A stretch of 63,812 bases of DNA, the filler included, from Octopus bimaculoides (lineage: Eukaryota): the NCBI RefSeq assembly GCF_001194135.2. It is 4 parts of 4 records of this genome, joined end to end, with 100 filler letters (N's around TTAATTAATTAA, not from the genome) between each part and the next. Parts side by side here need not be neighbours in the genome. Positions count along the whole stretch, not along the records: positions 59,189 to 63,812 come from NC_068993.1; 3 more parts are not named here. One strand, 5' to 3'. The position numbers and the translations under genes are program-made. The notes beneath the pieces are model-generated. The model did no database searches and was not told where the DNA came from. It was given only the letters and a program-made list of their open reading frames with translations. Shown in pieces: positions 62,270 to 63,812 of this stretch (the stretch's first letter is position 1; each line of letters opens with the position of its first letter).

Positions 62270-63258
62270 CTCGAATCAAGTGATCCTGGTTCATTTTGGA
62301 CATTACTCTCACTATGACAGCTTTCAAAGAATCTTTTGTGTTATGAGCGTATTCATTGACTTCTCTCTCAGCAACGCTACACGTGTCCAATGGAGTGAAA
62401 TCTGGAGAATCAGGAGGCCAAACGTTAGGGGTTATGTGATGATGAAAATTTTCAACCATCCATTCCTGTGTAATTAGAGACACGTGCGGTAGTGCAGAGT
62501 CTTACTGAAACACAGATAGCCTTCCATTGCATACATTGTCTATCCAGGCTTAATTATTTCCAGTGCTTCATTGTAGGTGGTAGAGTTAACTCTAAGACCT
62601 TGTGGAAAGAAGTAAGGAAGCATCACATGCCCTTCATTACTGACAACTCCTAGCACCATGACAGTTGCAGGAAATTTTGTATGCATAACACTTGGAACTT
62701 CAGAAAGGTCTGCACGTAACCATCTGTCATTTCCTCCGCTAAGTTTTTGATCTTGGTCGAAGTTTTTCTCGTTTGAGAAAAACCAAATCAAATCTTCTAC
62801 TGGATTTTTCATTTTGTTTAAGAGTCTTTCAGATCTGATGTAGTGATTTTCTTTTGCTTTTTCTGACAAATTGACCTTTACTCATCATATAAGACATATA
62901 TCTGATGTCTTCGTGGACAACATTTCTGACTGTTCCTTCTGACACATGGAAATCTTTTGCAATTGACCTCATGAAATTTCTGGGATTGTAATTAATGGTC
63001 TGTTGAATTTGCTGGATAAATTCAGGTGTTCTGAAGATTTCAGAGCGTTTTAGAATGCTCTTTATGCTTTGATACTGGTGATGCGTTTTCATCTTCAGTC
63101 TCTAGATCCTTACAAACCTTATAGACGAATGATCTGGCAACTTTTAAATATCGAGATATTTCTAAATCGCTATGCTCAGCATTTATAACCTCAATAACAG
63201 CATGCCTCTTCATTTCTTGATTAAGCTGAGGGTCTGTCATTATTATTTTCTGAAACAA
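62270..63258 (-). mobile_element. maT / DD37D transposase pseudogene
   Basis: WFFSNEKNF, VMVLGVVS, Q*DSALPH...WPPDSPDFTPLD with 37 residues between the last two Asp; frameshifts and a stop; TIRs not located. Confidence 0.85.
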
Positions 63259-63410
63259 ATATTATACAGAGTTAGCCATAAATGCAGCAACGACCCAAAA
63301 CACGTATGTCCTCAAATACCTTACGCATCCTGTATATATTATATCTTTTTCATAAAAATGTGTGGCTGATTTAGCGAAATGCTAATGCGTATACTAAAAA
63401 CTAATATACG

Positions 63411-63799
63411 CAGCTAGGCGCAGTTATAATAAAGGAAAAGTTTAACCATCACTAAGAGTGACTAAGGGTGTCGAAGCACCTACATTGCAGTAAGAAGAGT
63501 ACGATGTATATAAACTGACAGGGGAGTTAACAGGCAAACGAAACTGGCTAAACCATCGACCATTTGAGCAGTCATTCCTGACGATGCCTACGGAATAGGC
63601 GAAACTAGGCCTCGTCTGGTGATTCTAGAGACGGTCATGGTGCGGTTAACTCCCCTATTTATGTATATACATTGCGCTCTTTTTAGAATAGTAAAAGTTT
63701 TAAAACTTTTCTTTATAGTAATGTGGCTGCTTCGACACCCTCAGTCACTCTTAGCGACGATTAAAGTTTTCCTTTGTGGTATTACGTTGTGCCTAGCTG
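63411..63799. repeat. Long imperfect inverted repeat (63411-63531 / 63645-63799) enclosing a hammerhead
   Basis: e.g. CACTAAGAGTGACTAAGGGTGTCGAAGCA / TGCTTCGACACCCTCAGTCACTCTTAGCG; GGGGAGTTAAC / GTTAACTCCCC. Confidence 0.85.
63570..63624 (+). ncRNA. Type I hammerhead ribozyme motif
   Basis: AGTCATTC-CTGACGA-T-GCCTA-cggaa-TAGGC-GAAA-CTAGGCCTC-GTC-TGGTGATT; GUC triplet; near-palindromic stem III; first stem I pair mismatched. Confidence 0.7.
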
Positions 63800-63812
63800 T
63801 TTATTATTAATT

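Overview
AT-rich eukaryotic (animal) genomic scaffold with many N gaps, almost entirely repeats and decayed transposons. The SINE families, (TTAGGG)n repeats and microsatellite load suggest an octopod cephalopod (inference from pattern recognition, not a database match). No complete host gene, rRNA, true tRNA or CRISPR array is supported; there are only a few unverified orphan exon candidates. Recognisable elements: R4/Dong-like RLE retrotransposon pieces with (TAA)n tails, Tx1/L1-like and RTE LINE remnants, Penelope-like elements (RT and GIY-YIG), Tc1/mariner remnants (including DD37D maT) and several tRNA-derived SINE families. Two things stand out. (1) A GG...CC-terminated, 8-bp-TSD foldback MITE family, possibly Merlin-type: three near-identical copies carry a central (CCCTAA)n-(TTAGGG)n palindrome of variable length, and a sister element carries only a (CCCTAA)-type array. 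(2) At least four hammerhead-ribozyme motifs, plus two degenerate ones, in unrelated small elements, including a tRNA-head + (AAT)n + hammerhead composite and a hammerhead inside a long inverted repeat. All motif and structure calls were made by eye, and most element boundaries are approximate.
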